Shown: positions 9,708-17,925 of the stretch, piece after piece | Numbering within the stretch: the first letter of the stretch is position 1 | How the letters are laid out: each line of letters starts with the position of its first letter | From: an uncultured delta proteobacterium | GTDB taxonomy: Bacteria; Desulfobacterota; Binatia; Binatales; Binataceae | Length of the DNA: 64,000 nt | Assembly (NCBI GenBank): GCA_963842085.1 | Contig: CAWJET010000001.1 | Coordinates: forward strand, 608,001 to 672,000 | Reading direction: 5' to 3' | Notes under the pieces: model-generated | Told to the model about the DNA's origin: nothing | Seen by the model: only the letters and a program-made list of their open reading frames with translations | Databases searched by the model: none | Position numbers and translations under genes: made by a program

Positions 9708-10202
9708 ATGGCAGATCCCGATTTCAGTCAGTTCAAGCTCGTGCACAAAGGGCATTCGTTTGAAGAGTTTCACCAAGGCCAGGTCTTCGAGCATCACTGG
9801 GGCCGCACGATCAACGCCGGCGACAATTCGATTTTCACCACCGCGACGCTCGCGCATTGCCCGCTGTACTTCAACGCCGAGTATGCGCGCGCGCACGGGC
9901 ATCCCGATGTGGTGGTTAATCCGATGCTCGTAGCGTGCACGGTGGTCGGCATCTCGGTCGAGGATTTGAGCGAAGCCGGCGGGCCCTTTCTCGGCATCAA
10001 CAATCTGGAATTTCACCGCCCGGTCTATCCCGGCGATACGCTGACCGCGCGCAGCACCGTCGTCTCCACGCGCGAATCCGCCAGCCGCGGAAATTTCGGA
10101 ATCGTCACCTGGCGCACCGAAGCGCGCAATCAACGCGACGAGCTCGTCGTCAGCTACGAGCGGACCAACCTCGTCGCCAAACGCAGAGGAGCGCCACTGT
10201 GA
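9708..10202 (+). CDS. MaoC-family (hot-dog fold) dehydratase
   Basis: FEEF..GQ..EH.WGRT, PVYPGDTL; RBS TAGGAG. Confidence 0.92.
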   Translation: MADPDFSQFKLVHKGHSFEEFHQGQVFEHHWGRTINAGDNSIFTTATLAHCPLYFNAEYARAHGHPDVVVNPMLVACTVVGISVEDLSEAGGPFLGINNLEFHRPVYPGDTLTARSTVVSTRESASRGNFGIVTWRTEARNQRDELVVSYERTNLVAKRRGAPL

Positions 10203-11374
10203 GCTACATGACCGACGAGCGGCGGATGATCCAGAATGCGGCGCGCGATTTCGCGATGAACGAGGTGCTGCCAGTCGCGAACAAACTCGACCCCGAGCAA
10301 GGCGACATCCCGATGGCGCTGCGAGACAAGCTGGCAGAGATGGGCTACTTCGGCGTCGTCATCCCGGAGGAGTACGGCGGCCTTGGCCTCGGCGCGTTCG
10401 AATACGTGTTGATCACCGAGGAGCTCGCGCGCGCGTGGATGAGCGTCGCGAGCATAATCGCGCGCGGCAACGGACTCGGCGGCGGCTTCACGGCGGCGCA
10501 ACGGCGCGAGTACCTGCCGCGGATGGCGCGCGGAGAATTTCTCGGCGCGGCGGCGTTGTCGGAGCCGGATGCGGGCTCCGATCTCGCCAACGTCTCGTGC
10601 AAAGCGACGCGTGACGGCGACGGCTGGATGCTCAACGGCACCAAGACCTGGTGCACGTTTGCCGACGGCGCGGATTTCATCTCGGTGCTGGCGCGCACCA
10701 GGCAGCCGTCCGATCCGCGCCGCCGCCACGAAGGCATCAGCCAGTTCCTGGTCCTCAAGGAGCGCGGCAAGTTTCCGCCGGGGCTGACGGGCTCGCCGAT
10801 TCGCAAGATCGGTTACTTCGGCTGGAAGACGTGGGAGCTGCACTTCGACAACTTCAAACTGCCGGCCGACGCGCTGCTCGGCCGCGAGCGCGAGGACCGC
10901 GGCGAGGGCAAGGGATTCTACGGTGCGGTCAGCGGGCTCGAGGTGGCGCGCGTGCATACTGCGGCGCGTGCGATCGGACTTGCGCGCGGCGGCCTCGAAG
11001 ACTCGTTGGCATACGCGCAGAAGCGGGTGGCGTTCGGCCAGCCGATCGGAGAATTCCAGGCGATTCGGTTCAAGCTGGCTGAGATGGCGACCGAAATCGA
11101 AGCGGCGCGTCAGCTTACCTACTTCGTCGCCACCGAAGTTGACAGCAAGCGGCGCTGCGATAAGGAAGCGTCGATGGCGAAGCTGTTCGCCTCCGAGATG
11201 GCCGAGCGCGTCACCAGCCAGGCGATTCAGATTCACGGCGGGTACGGCTACACCAAGGACTTTCCGCTCGAGCGCTACTGGCGCGACGCACGACTAACCA
11301 AGATTTTCGAGGGCACTTCCGAAATCCAATTGCGGATCATTTCCGATCGCCTGCTGCCGAGAGTGAGAAAGTGA
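10199..11374 (+). CDS. Acyl-CoA dehydrogenase
   Basis: LSEPDAGSD, NGTKTW, QIHGGYGY, IFEGTSEIQ. GTG start overlaps the upstream stop. Confidence 0.95.
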   Translation: MSYMTDERRMIQNAARDFAMNEVLPVANKLDPEQGDIPMALRDKLAEMGYFGVVIPEEYGGLGLGAFEYVLITEELARAWMSVASIIARGNGLGGGFTAAQRREYLPRMARGEFLGAAALSEPDAGSDLANVSCKATRDGDGWMLNGTKTWCTFADGADFISVLARTRQPSDPRRRHEGISQFLVLKERGKFPPGLTGSPIRKIGYFGWKTWELHFDNFKLPADALLGREREDRGEGKGFYGAVSGLEVARVHTAARAIGLARGGLEDSLAYAQKRVAFGQPIGEFQAIRFKLAEMATEIEAARQLTYFVATEVDSKRRCDKEASMAKLFASEMAERVTSQAIQIHGGYGYTKDFPLERYWRDARLTKIFEGTSEIQLRIISDRLLPRVRK

Positions 11375-11856
11375 GTACGTCAATCTCGAAACTGACCGGC
11401 GCGGGAAATTACTTCGAAGACTTCGAGGTCGGCGCGAAAATGCGCCACGCACGCGGCACCACCATCGGCGAAATCGAAAATCAGATGCTCACGAAGCTCG
11501 TGCTGAACACCGCCGACGGCCACTACAACGAGCATCGCATGCGCTCGACGCAATTCGGCCAGCGCCTCGTCTTCGGCCTCGTGACCGGCTCGGTATGCAT
11601 CGGGTTGGCGACGCAGGACACCGGCGAAAATGCGCTCGCCGAGCTGGGCCTGACGGGAATCAGATTCACTGCGCCGGTCTTTCACGGCGACACGCTCTAT
11701 GCCTACAGCGAGGTGCTCGAAAAGCGCGACGCCGATCGCGACGACGCCGGCATCGTGCGCTTCAAGCATTGGGGAACCAAGCACGACGGGACCATCGTCT
11801 TCGAGGGCGAGCGCACGGTGCTGGTCAAGCGCCGCTCGCATTGGGGCGATCGATGA
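11371..11856 (+). CDS. MaoC-family dehydratase
   Basis: GNYFEDF..G...H.RGTT, APVFHGDTLYA. Confidence 0.92.
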   Translation: MSTSISKLTGAGNYFEDFEVGAKMRHARGTTIGEIENQMLTKLVLNTADGHYNEHRMRSTQFGQRLVFGLVTGSVCIGLATQDTGENALAELGLTGIRFTAPVFHGDTLYAYSEVLEKRDADRDDAGIVRFKHWGTKHDGTIVFEGERTVLVKRRSHWGDR

Positions 11857-13052
11857 GCGCGCGCACGGGACCGCTCACCGACGTTCGCGTGCTCGATCTG
11901 ACGCAGGCGCTCGCCGGGCCGTACTGCACGATGCTGCTGGCGGACCTTGGCGCCGACGTTATCAAGGTCGAGCCGCCCGCCGGGGACATGAGCAGGAGCA
12001 TCGGACCGCATCCAGCGGATCGAAGAGGCTGCGATTACGGCGGTTACTTCGCCAGCGTCAATCGCAACAAGCGCAGTATCGTGCTCGACATCAAGACCGA
12101 CGCGGGCCGCGACGCGTTTTTCAGGCTCGTGCAGACGGCGGATGCGGTTGTCGAGAATGCAAAGACTGGCGTGATGGATCGCGCGGGAATCGGCTACGAG
12201 CGGCTGCGCGAGATCAATCCTGCGCTGGTCTATGCCGCGATTCGCGGCTTCGGCGATCCCCGCACCGGCGCGAGCCCGTACGCGGACTGGCCCGCGTTCG
12301 ACATCGTTGCGCAGAGCATGGGCGGGCTGGTCGCGGTCACGGGTCCGCAGGGCGGTGGTGGCTATCGGGCTGGCCCGGCGGTCGGCGACATTTATCCCGG
12401 CACTCTCGCCGCGCTGGGAGTCGTGTCTGCCATTCACGCGGCACGCCGCACCGGGCAGGGACAATTCCTCGACGTCGCGATGTACGACGCGGTTCTCGCG
12501 CTGTGCGAGATGATCGTTTACAGCTACGGGAGCGGCGGCATCGTCCGGGAACCGGGTGGGAACGGGACGCCGGTGTTGTGTCCGTTCGATATTTTTCCGA
12601 CGCGCGACGGCGCCGTGGCGATCGCGGCGCCCGGCGAGAATCATTGGAAGATTCTGTGCGACGCGCTCGGTCGGCCCGAGCTTGTCACCGACGATCGTAC
12701 GCGCAACGTCAACCGGCGAGTCGCAAATGCGGAATTCGTGCGCGGCATTCTGACCGAATGGACGAAAGCGCGTAGTACGCGCGAAGTCGTCGACGCCATC
12801 GGCGGCAGAGTGCCGGTCGGCCCGGTCAATACCGCCAAGGATATTTTCGAGGATCCGCATCCGCGGGCGCGCGGCATGCTGGTCGAGGTCGAGCAGCCGG
12901 GCGACAACCCGCCGATTGTGCTCGCGGGATGTCCGATCAAGCTGACGGGTACGCCGTCGAGAATTTACGCGCGCGCGCCGCGGCTGGGCGAGCATACCGA
13001 GCAGGTGCTGGCTGATGCGGGAATTTCAATCGCGCGCAAGGAGCTATCATGA
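11853..13052 (+). CDS. Family III CoA-transferase (CaiB/BaiF)
   Basis: VLDLTQALAGP, LADLGADVIKVEPP.GD, NRNKRS, APRLGEHT. Confidence 0.95.
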   Translation: MSARTGPLTDVRVLDLTQALAGPYCTMLLADLGADVIKVEPPAGDMSRSIGPHPADRRGCDYGGYFASVNRNKRSIVLDIKTDAGRDAFFRLVQTADAVVENAKTGVMDRAGIGYERLREINPALVYAAIRGFGDPRTGASPYADWPAFDIVAQSMGGLVAVTGPQGGGGYRAGPAVGDIYPGTLAALGVVSAIHAARRTGQGQFLDVAMYDAVLALCEMIVYSYGSGGIVREPGGNGTPVLCPFDIFPTRDGAVAIAAPGENHWKILCDALGRPELVTDDRTRNVNRRVANAEFVRGILTEWTKARSTREVVDAIGGRVPVGPVNTAKDIFEDPHPRARGMLVEVEQPGDNPPIVLAGCPIKLTGTPSRIYARAPRLGEHTEQVLADAGISIARKELS

Positions 13053-13957
13053 CGCTTCGACTAAGACGTTCAGAACTTTCGACGCCGGCTTCGAGTCCAA
13101 AGATGATCGAGAAGGCGATGGGTACGCCGGCCGACATGGTTTTTCTCGATCTCGAAGACGCGGTCGCGCCGGCGCAAAAAGAAGCGGCGCGCAAGAACGC
13201 CGTCGACGCGCTGCGCAACCTCGATTGGGGCAACAAGGTTCGCGCCGTGCGCGTCAACGGCGCCGACACGCACTGGGCGCACGACGATGTGATCGAAGTG
13301 GTCGAGGGCGCGGGCGACAAGCTCGACGTAATCATCGTGCCGAAGCCGAAGGCGCCGCGCGACATCTGGTTTTTCGACACGCTACTGACGCAGCTCGAGA
13401 CCAAACTCAATCTCAAAAACAAGATCGGTCTCGAGGCGCTGATCGAGGAGAGCGCGGCGCTGGCGCGGGTCGAGGAAATTGCCGCGGCGTCGCCGCGGCT
13501 CGAGGCGCTGATCCTCGGCTTCGGCGATCTGTCGGCCAGCCAGGGCATGCGCTTTGGCGTCGCGAGCGATCCGGCGAATCGGTATCCCGGAGACATGTGG
13601 CATCATGCGCGCGTGCGGATGATCACCGCGTGTCGCGCCAACGGCATCGACGCGATCGACGGACCCTTCGGCAACTTCAGGGATCCTGACGGCTACCGGC
13701 GCGAGGCGACGTGGGCGGCAACGCTCGGCGCGGTCGGCAAATGGGCGATACACCCGAGCCAGATCGAAATCGCCAACGACGTGTTCGCGCCGACGCCGCA
13801 CGAAATCGAGAACGCGCGCAAAATGTCCGAGGCCTACCAGGCCGCGACGCGCGACGGCGCGGGCGCCGCAGGCGCGGGCGGGATGCTCGTGGACGCGGTC
13901 GCGGTGCGGATTTTTGAAGGCGTGCTCGAACGCGCGCGGCTCACTGGCCGCGCATAA
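13049..13957 (+). CDS. CitE / malyl-CoA / citramalyl-CoA lyase family
   Basis: RRSELSTP, FLDLEDAV, GFGDLSAS, GKWAIHPSQI. Confidence 0.93.
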   Translation: MTLRLRRSELSTPASSPKMIEKAMGTPADMVFLDLEDAVAPAQKEAARKNAVDALRNLDWGNKVRAVRVNGADTHWAHDDVIEVVEGAGDKLDVIIVPKPKAPRDIWFFDTLLTQLETKLNLKNKIGLEALIEESAALARVEEIAAASPRLEALILGFGDLSASQGMRFGVASDPANRYPGDMWHHARVRMITACRANGIDAIDGPFGNFRDPDGYRREATWAATLGAVGKWAIHPSQIEIANDVFAPTPHEIENARKMSEAYQAATRDGAGAAGAGGMLVDAVAVRIFEGVLERARLTGRA

Positions 13958-14039
13958 CAGTCACGCCTATGCGGCGCGCGCCAAGGGGATACCGGAGTCG
14001 ATCTGCGCTAAGCGTGAGGTCTAAAGGAGGACAACTACT

Positions 14040-15307
14040 ATGGGACGGATCTTCTTTCGTCGCGCGAATTTGATCGACGGCCGTAACGCGCCGAAGAAAA
14101 ACGCGACCGTCGTGGTCGAAGACGATCGCATCACCGCGGTAGCAACCAACGGCGACGCGCCCAAACCCTCCGCCAACGACGTGGTCTACGACCTTGCCGG
14201 CCGCTCGCTGATGCCGGGGATGGTGCAGTGCCACTATCATGGCGCCTACGCCGACTGCGAGCACATCGAAGATATCGACTTGAGGTATCCGGCGACGATG
14301 CTCGCGTTGATCGCCGCGAAAAACGCCGAGTTGCTGCTGCGCAGCGGCTTCACCGGCGCCGTGGGTGCAGGCACGCTGCACAACATCGACGCCACGCTCA
14401 AACGTGCGATCGATGAGGGCATTATACTGGGGCCGCGTCTCCTGCCGTGCGGACGTGAGTTCATTACCACCGGCGACTCGCCCGATGTCCATCCGAGCTG
14501 GTGGAAATTGCAGATGGAGGGAGGCATTCCGATCTGTGACGGTCCCGACGCGTTCCGCAAGGCGGTGCGCAGCGAAATCAAGGATGGCGCCGAAATCATC
14601 AAGCTTAATGTGACCGGCGGCCATGGGTTCGCCTTTCCCGCCGAGATGATGATGGTAACTCCCGAGGAGATGAAAGCCGCCGCTGATACCGCGCACGGAC
14701 GCGGCAAGAAATCCGCGGGCACATCGTTTCCAAGCGGGGCATCATGGCCGCGCTCGACCTGAGGTTCGACCTCATCGATCACGCCGATCAAATGGACGAC
14801 GAGTGCATCGAGCGCCTGGTCAAGCAGGGAACTTTTGTCACCCCGAGCCTCTACTTCACCTACGCGATGGCAGAGGAGCACCGGTGCAGCGGCAAGACCG
14901 AGTATTTTAACGACGAGATGAAACGCGGGCTCGAATACTCGTACAAGATGATCCCCAGGGCGCATGCGGCGGGCGTCAAGCTGGTCATCGGCGACGATTT
15001 TGGCATCGCCGGGCTGATGCATGGCGACTATGCGAAGGAGCTCGAGGCCTACGTGAAGGGCGCGGGAATTCCAGCCCTCGACGTGATCGGCTGGGCGACT
15101 CGCAACGGCGCCGAGATGCTCGGCATGAAAGACGACCTCGGAACTATCGAAGCGGGCAAGCTCGCTGACCTGCTGGTCGTTAACGGCGACCCGGTGCGCG
15201 ACATTAGGGTGCTGCAGGATCGCACGAATCTCGACGTGATAATGAAGGGCGGAAAGTTCGTCGAGTGCCAGCTCACGCCGGGCAAAGCAGTCGCCAAATC
15301 CGCCTAG
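14040..15307 (+). pseudogene. Amidohydrolase_1 (Xaa-Pro dipeptidase-like), frameshifted near 14710
   Basis: N-part has LMPG...CHYH and IIKL..TGG. Adding one A to AAGAAATC restores KKIRGH..., which continues into IDH, GDD and GTIEAGKLADLLVV. Confidence 0.85.
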
Positions 15308-15313
15308 TCCTGC

Positions 15314-15370
15314 TTCGACACCGGCGATTTGAAGGACGCCAAAGCGCTGCTCGATGAGCCGGCGGCATGA
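15314..15370 (+). repeat. Orphan 3' gene-tail remnant (FDTGDLKDAKALLDE..*), copy 1
   Basis: 24 of 28 nt identical to 15784-15811. The peptide resembles the C-terminus of adenylate-cyclase/AAA/TPR proteins. Confidence 0.6.
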
Positions 15371-15409
15371 GGAGTTCAGAATCAATCGCTTTCTTGAGGA
15401 GTAGCCGAG

Positions 15410-15739
15410 ATGGTTTATGAGCTGCGCGTTTACCACTGTGTCCCGGGACGCATGCCCGCAATCCTTAAGCGCTTCGATACCGTCACCTGCCGGTTGTTCG
15501 AGAAGCACGGCATCAAGCAGGTCGGCTTCTGGACGGTCGCGATAGGTGAGTCGAATTCCGACCTGGTTTACATGCTGCAATGGGAATCGTTGGGCGATCG
15601 CGACAAGAAGTTCGCCGCCTTTGCCGCCGATCCCGAATGGATCGAGGCGCGCGCGAAGTCCGAAGCGGACGGCGGCCCGATCGTCGCCTCGATCACCAAC
15701 AGCATTCTGATGCCGACCTCGTTTTCCGCACTCAAGTAA
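15410..15739 (+). CDS. NIPSNAP family protein
   Basis: YELRVY...PG, GFW, C-terminal LMPTSFS; RBS GAGGAG. Confidence 0.93.
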   Translation: MVYELRVYHCVPGRMPAILKRFDTVTCRLFEKHGIKQVGFWTVAIGESNSDLVYMLQWESLGDRDKKFAAFAADPEWIEARAKSEADGGPIVASITNSILMPTSFSALK

Positions 15740-15745
15740 GCGCGC

Positions 15746-15768
15746 GTTGAGGTCCGCGGCGCCTCAAC
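15746..15768 (+). terminator. Hairpin after NIPSNAP
   Basis: GTTGAGG-N9-CCTCAAC, without a U-tract. Confidence 0.35.
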
Positions 15769-15777
15769 AACTCCTCG

Positions 15778-15839
15778 GAGGGGTTAGACACCGCCGACCT
15801 GAAGGACGCCAGGTGCCACTCGACGAGCTAAACGCCTAG
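15778..15839 (+). repeat. Orphan 3' gene-tail remnant (EGLDTADLKDA..LDELNA*), copy 2, with internal frameshift
   Basis: Direct-repeat counterpart of 15314-15370. Confidence 0.6.
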
Positions 15840-16978
15840 CTGATCGCGCCGCATTTGCGGAGCGTCTCCAGATCCGAATTGGCGAAGCCCCAGTCGCGCA
15901 ATGCTTCTTCCGTATGTTCGCCCGCGCGCGCCGGCGGGCGTTGAATAGCGCTCGGCGTGCGGGAGAATCGCGGCGCCGGTCCCGGCTGCGTTACGCCACC
16001 ATCCTCGACGAAAGTTCCGCGATGCTTGTTGTGCGGATGCTTGGGCGCTTCTTCCATGCTAAGCACCGGCGCGAAGCAAATGTCGCTGCCTTCCATGATC
16101 TTGCACCACTCGTCGCGCGTCCTGGTGCGGAACAGAGTCTTCAACCGCTCCTTCATCTTGGGCCACGACTTGCGATCCTGCTGATGCGGCAGCTCCTCGC
16201 CCTGGAGTCCCGACAGCCGGATCAACTCCGCGTAGAACTTCGCCTCGATCGATCCGATCGCGACGTACTTGCCGTCGCTCGTTTGGTAAACGTCGTAGTA
16301 ATGTGCGCCAGTGTCGAGGATGTTGTCGCCGCGCTCGTTGTTCCAGAACCCCGAGCCGTGCATGCCGTAAATCGCGGTCATCAGCGACGCTGCTCCATCG
16401 ACCATCGCCGCATCTACCACCTGCCCCTTGCCGGACTTCTGCGCTTCGAGCAGTCCCGCGACCACTCCCAGAGCCAAGTAGAGCGCGCCGCCGCCGAAAT
16501 CGCCAACCAGGTTCAGCGGTGGTACCGGCGCCTCGCCCTTGCGACCGATGCTGTGCAGCGCACCCGACAGCGCGATGTAGTTGATGTCGTGGCCGGCGGC
16601 ATGCGCGAGCGGTCCTTCTTGACCCCATCCGGTCATGCGCCCGTAGATGAGGCGCGGGTTGCGCTTGAGGCAATCGTCGGGGCCAAGGCCAAGCCGCTCG
16701 GTCACGCCAGGACGGTAACCTTCGATCAACGCGTCGGCTTTCTCGACCAGCCGCAACACGGCCTCGATCGCTTCGGGCCGTTTGAGGTCGAACGCGACCG
16801 AGCGCCGGCCGCGATTGAGCAGGCTGTATTTCGGATCCATCGCGATTCCCAACCCCGCTTCGGCCGCGCGATCGATTCGCAGCACATCGGCGCCCATGTC
16901 CGACAGCAGCATCGCACACATGGGACCGGGGCCGATCCCGGCCAGTTCGATGACGCGATAACCTGACAGCACTCCCAT
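15836..16978 (-). CDS. Alpha-methylacyl-CoA racemase / CaiB family
   Basis: ELAGIGPGP, AGHDINY, NLVGDFGGG, PAPRFSRTP. Confidence 0.93.
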   Translation of the reverse strand: MGVLSGYRVIELAGIGPGPMCAMLLSDMGADVLRIDRAAEAGLGIAMDPKYSLLNRGRRSVAFDLKRPEAIEAVLRLVEKADALIEGYRPGVTERLGLGPDDCLKRNPRLIYGRMTGWGQEGPLAHAAGHDINYIALSGALHSIGRKGEAPVPPLNLVGDFGGGALYLALGVVAGLLEAQKSGKGQVVDAAMVDGAASLMTAIYGMHGSGFWNNERGDNILDTGAHYYDVYQTSDGKYVAIGSIEAKFYAELIRLSGLQGEELPHQQDRKSWPKMKERLKTLFRTRTRDEWCKIMEGSDICFAPVLSMEEAPKHPHNKHRGTFVEDGGVTQPGPAPRFSRTPSAIQRPPARAGEHTEEALRDWGFANSDLETLRKCGAIS

Positions 16979-17044
16979 GATCCTCACCTCAATGCCGGTG
17001 CGACGGCGCACGACCTTGCAAACCTTATTCGATCCGGTCGCAGT

Positions 17045-17650
17045 CTATTTCAGCCCACGGACCTTTTTGTTGGCTTCACGCCCGAGACATTTTTGCAGCC
17101 ACGCCGCAACGTTCGGCCACGACGACAAGTCGAGCTTCATCATCGGTATCCAGCTCATGACCGCGGCCACGTTCAGGTCCGCGATCGTGAAATTCCTGCC
17201 GAGCAGGTATTCCTTGCCCTTGAGCGCTTCCTCGAGCGCGTTCAGTGGCGCCTTCAAAGCTTCGACCGCAGCTTGCGCGGCCTTTTCGTCGCGTTGCTCG
17301 GGGGGATTCATCACCCGGTTGCGCAAAATGGTGATGAGATGCGGCTCGACTTCGGTCATCGCCCAGAAGCTCCACTTGTAGATTTCGGCGTGCGCGGCGG
17401 GCTCCGGCGGCCACAGTAAATTTTTGCCGTACTTTTCAGCGAGATAGAGATTGATCGCCATCGACTCCCAGACCACGGCGCCGTCGTCTTCGAGCACCGG
17501 CACGTGCCCGTTGGGATTGAGTTTGAGATGCGCGGGCGACTTGGCCTCGGTCGTCGGCATCGGATTGTGCTCGTACTTGACGCCGAGCTCTTCGAGCGCC
17601 CACAAGGACCGGGCGCTGCGCGATCTTGAAGTTCCGTGAAGTTTTGTCAT
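17045..17650 (-). CDS. Glutathione S-transferase
   Basis: LNPNGHVPVL, WESMAINLYL, FTIADL. Confidence 0.95.
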   Translation of the reverse strand: MTKLHGTSRSRSARSLWALEELGVKYEHNPMPTTEAKSPAHLKLNPNGHVPVLEDDGAVVWESMAINLYLAEKYGKNLLWPPEPAAHAEIYKWSFWAMTEVEPHLITILRNRVMNPPEQRDEKAAQAAVEALKAPLNALEEALKGKEYLLGRNFTIADLNVAAVMSWIPMMKLDLSSWPNVAAWLQKCLGREANKKVRGLK

Positions 17651-17925
17651 GGTGCTTCCTCCGATGCTCGCATCTTACTACCAGCCATCAGGTTCCTTAC
17701 AAGCGGCAGGGGGTGACTCCTGCGCCCAATGTTAAGAAGGTCGGCACCGCTGCGGTGAGCGGGCTTAGCCTTGTGAGAACTCGCCGCCTTACTGTGCGCG
17801 CTCGACGGACGGGCGGGCCGTGGCGAATTCGCGATGGATTTGCGCAAGACTTAATTCCTGAGCAAAAAGACCAGATTGCTGCTACAGAGAATCAATGATC
17901 CCTCTTGTCCGCGCCGCACGCCGGC

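Noticed and set aside
11703-12995. Long antisense and alternate-frame ORFs (e.g. 11703-12995, 14246-15580, 47962-49443, 10154-11236)
   Set aside because: They are shadow ORFs typical of high-GC DNA, overlapping well-supported genes and lacking motifs.
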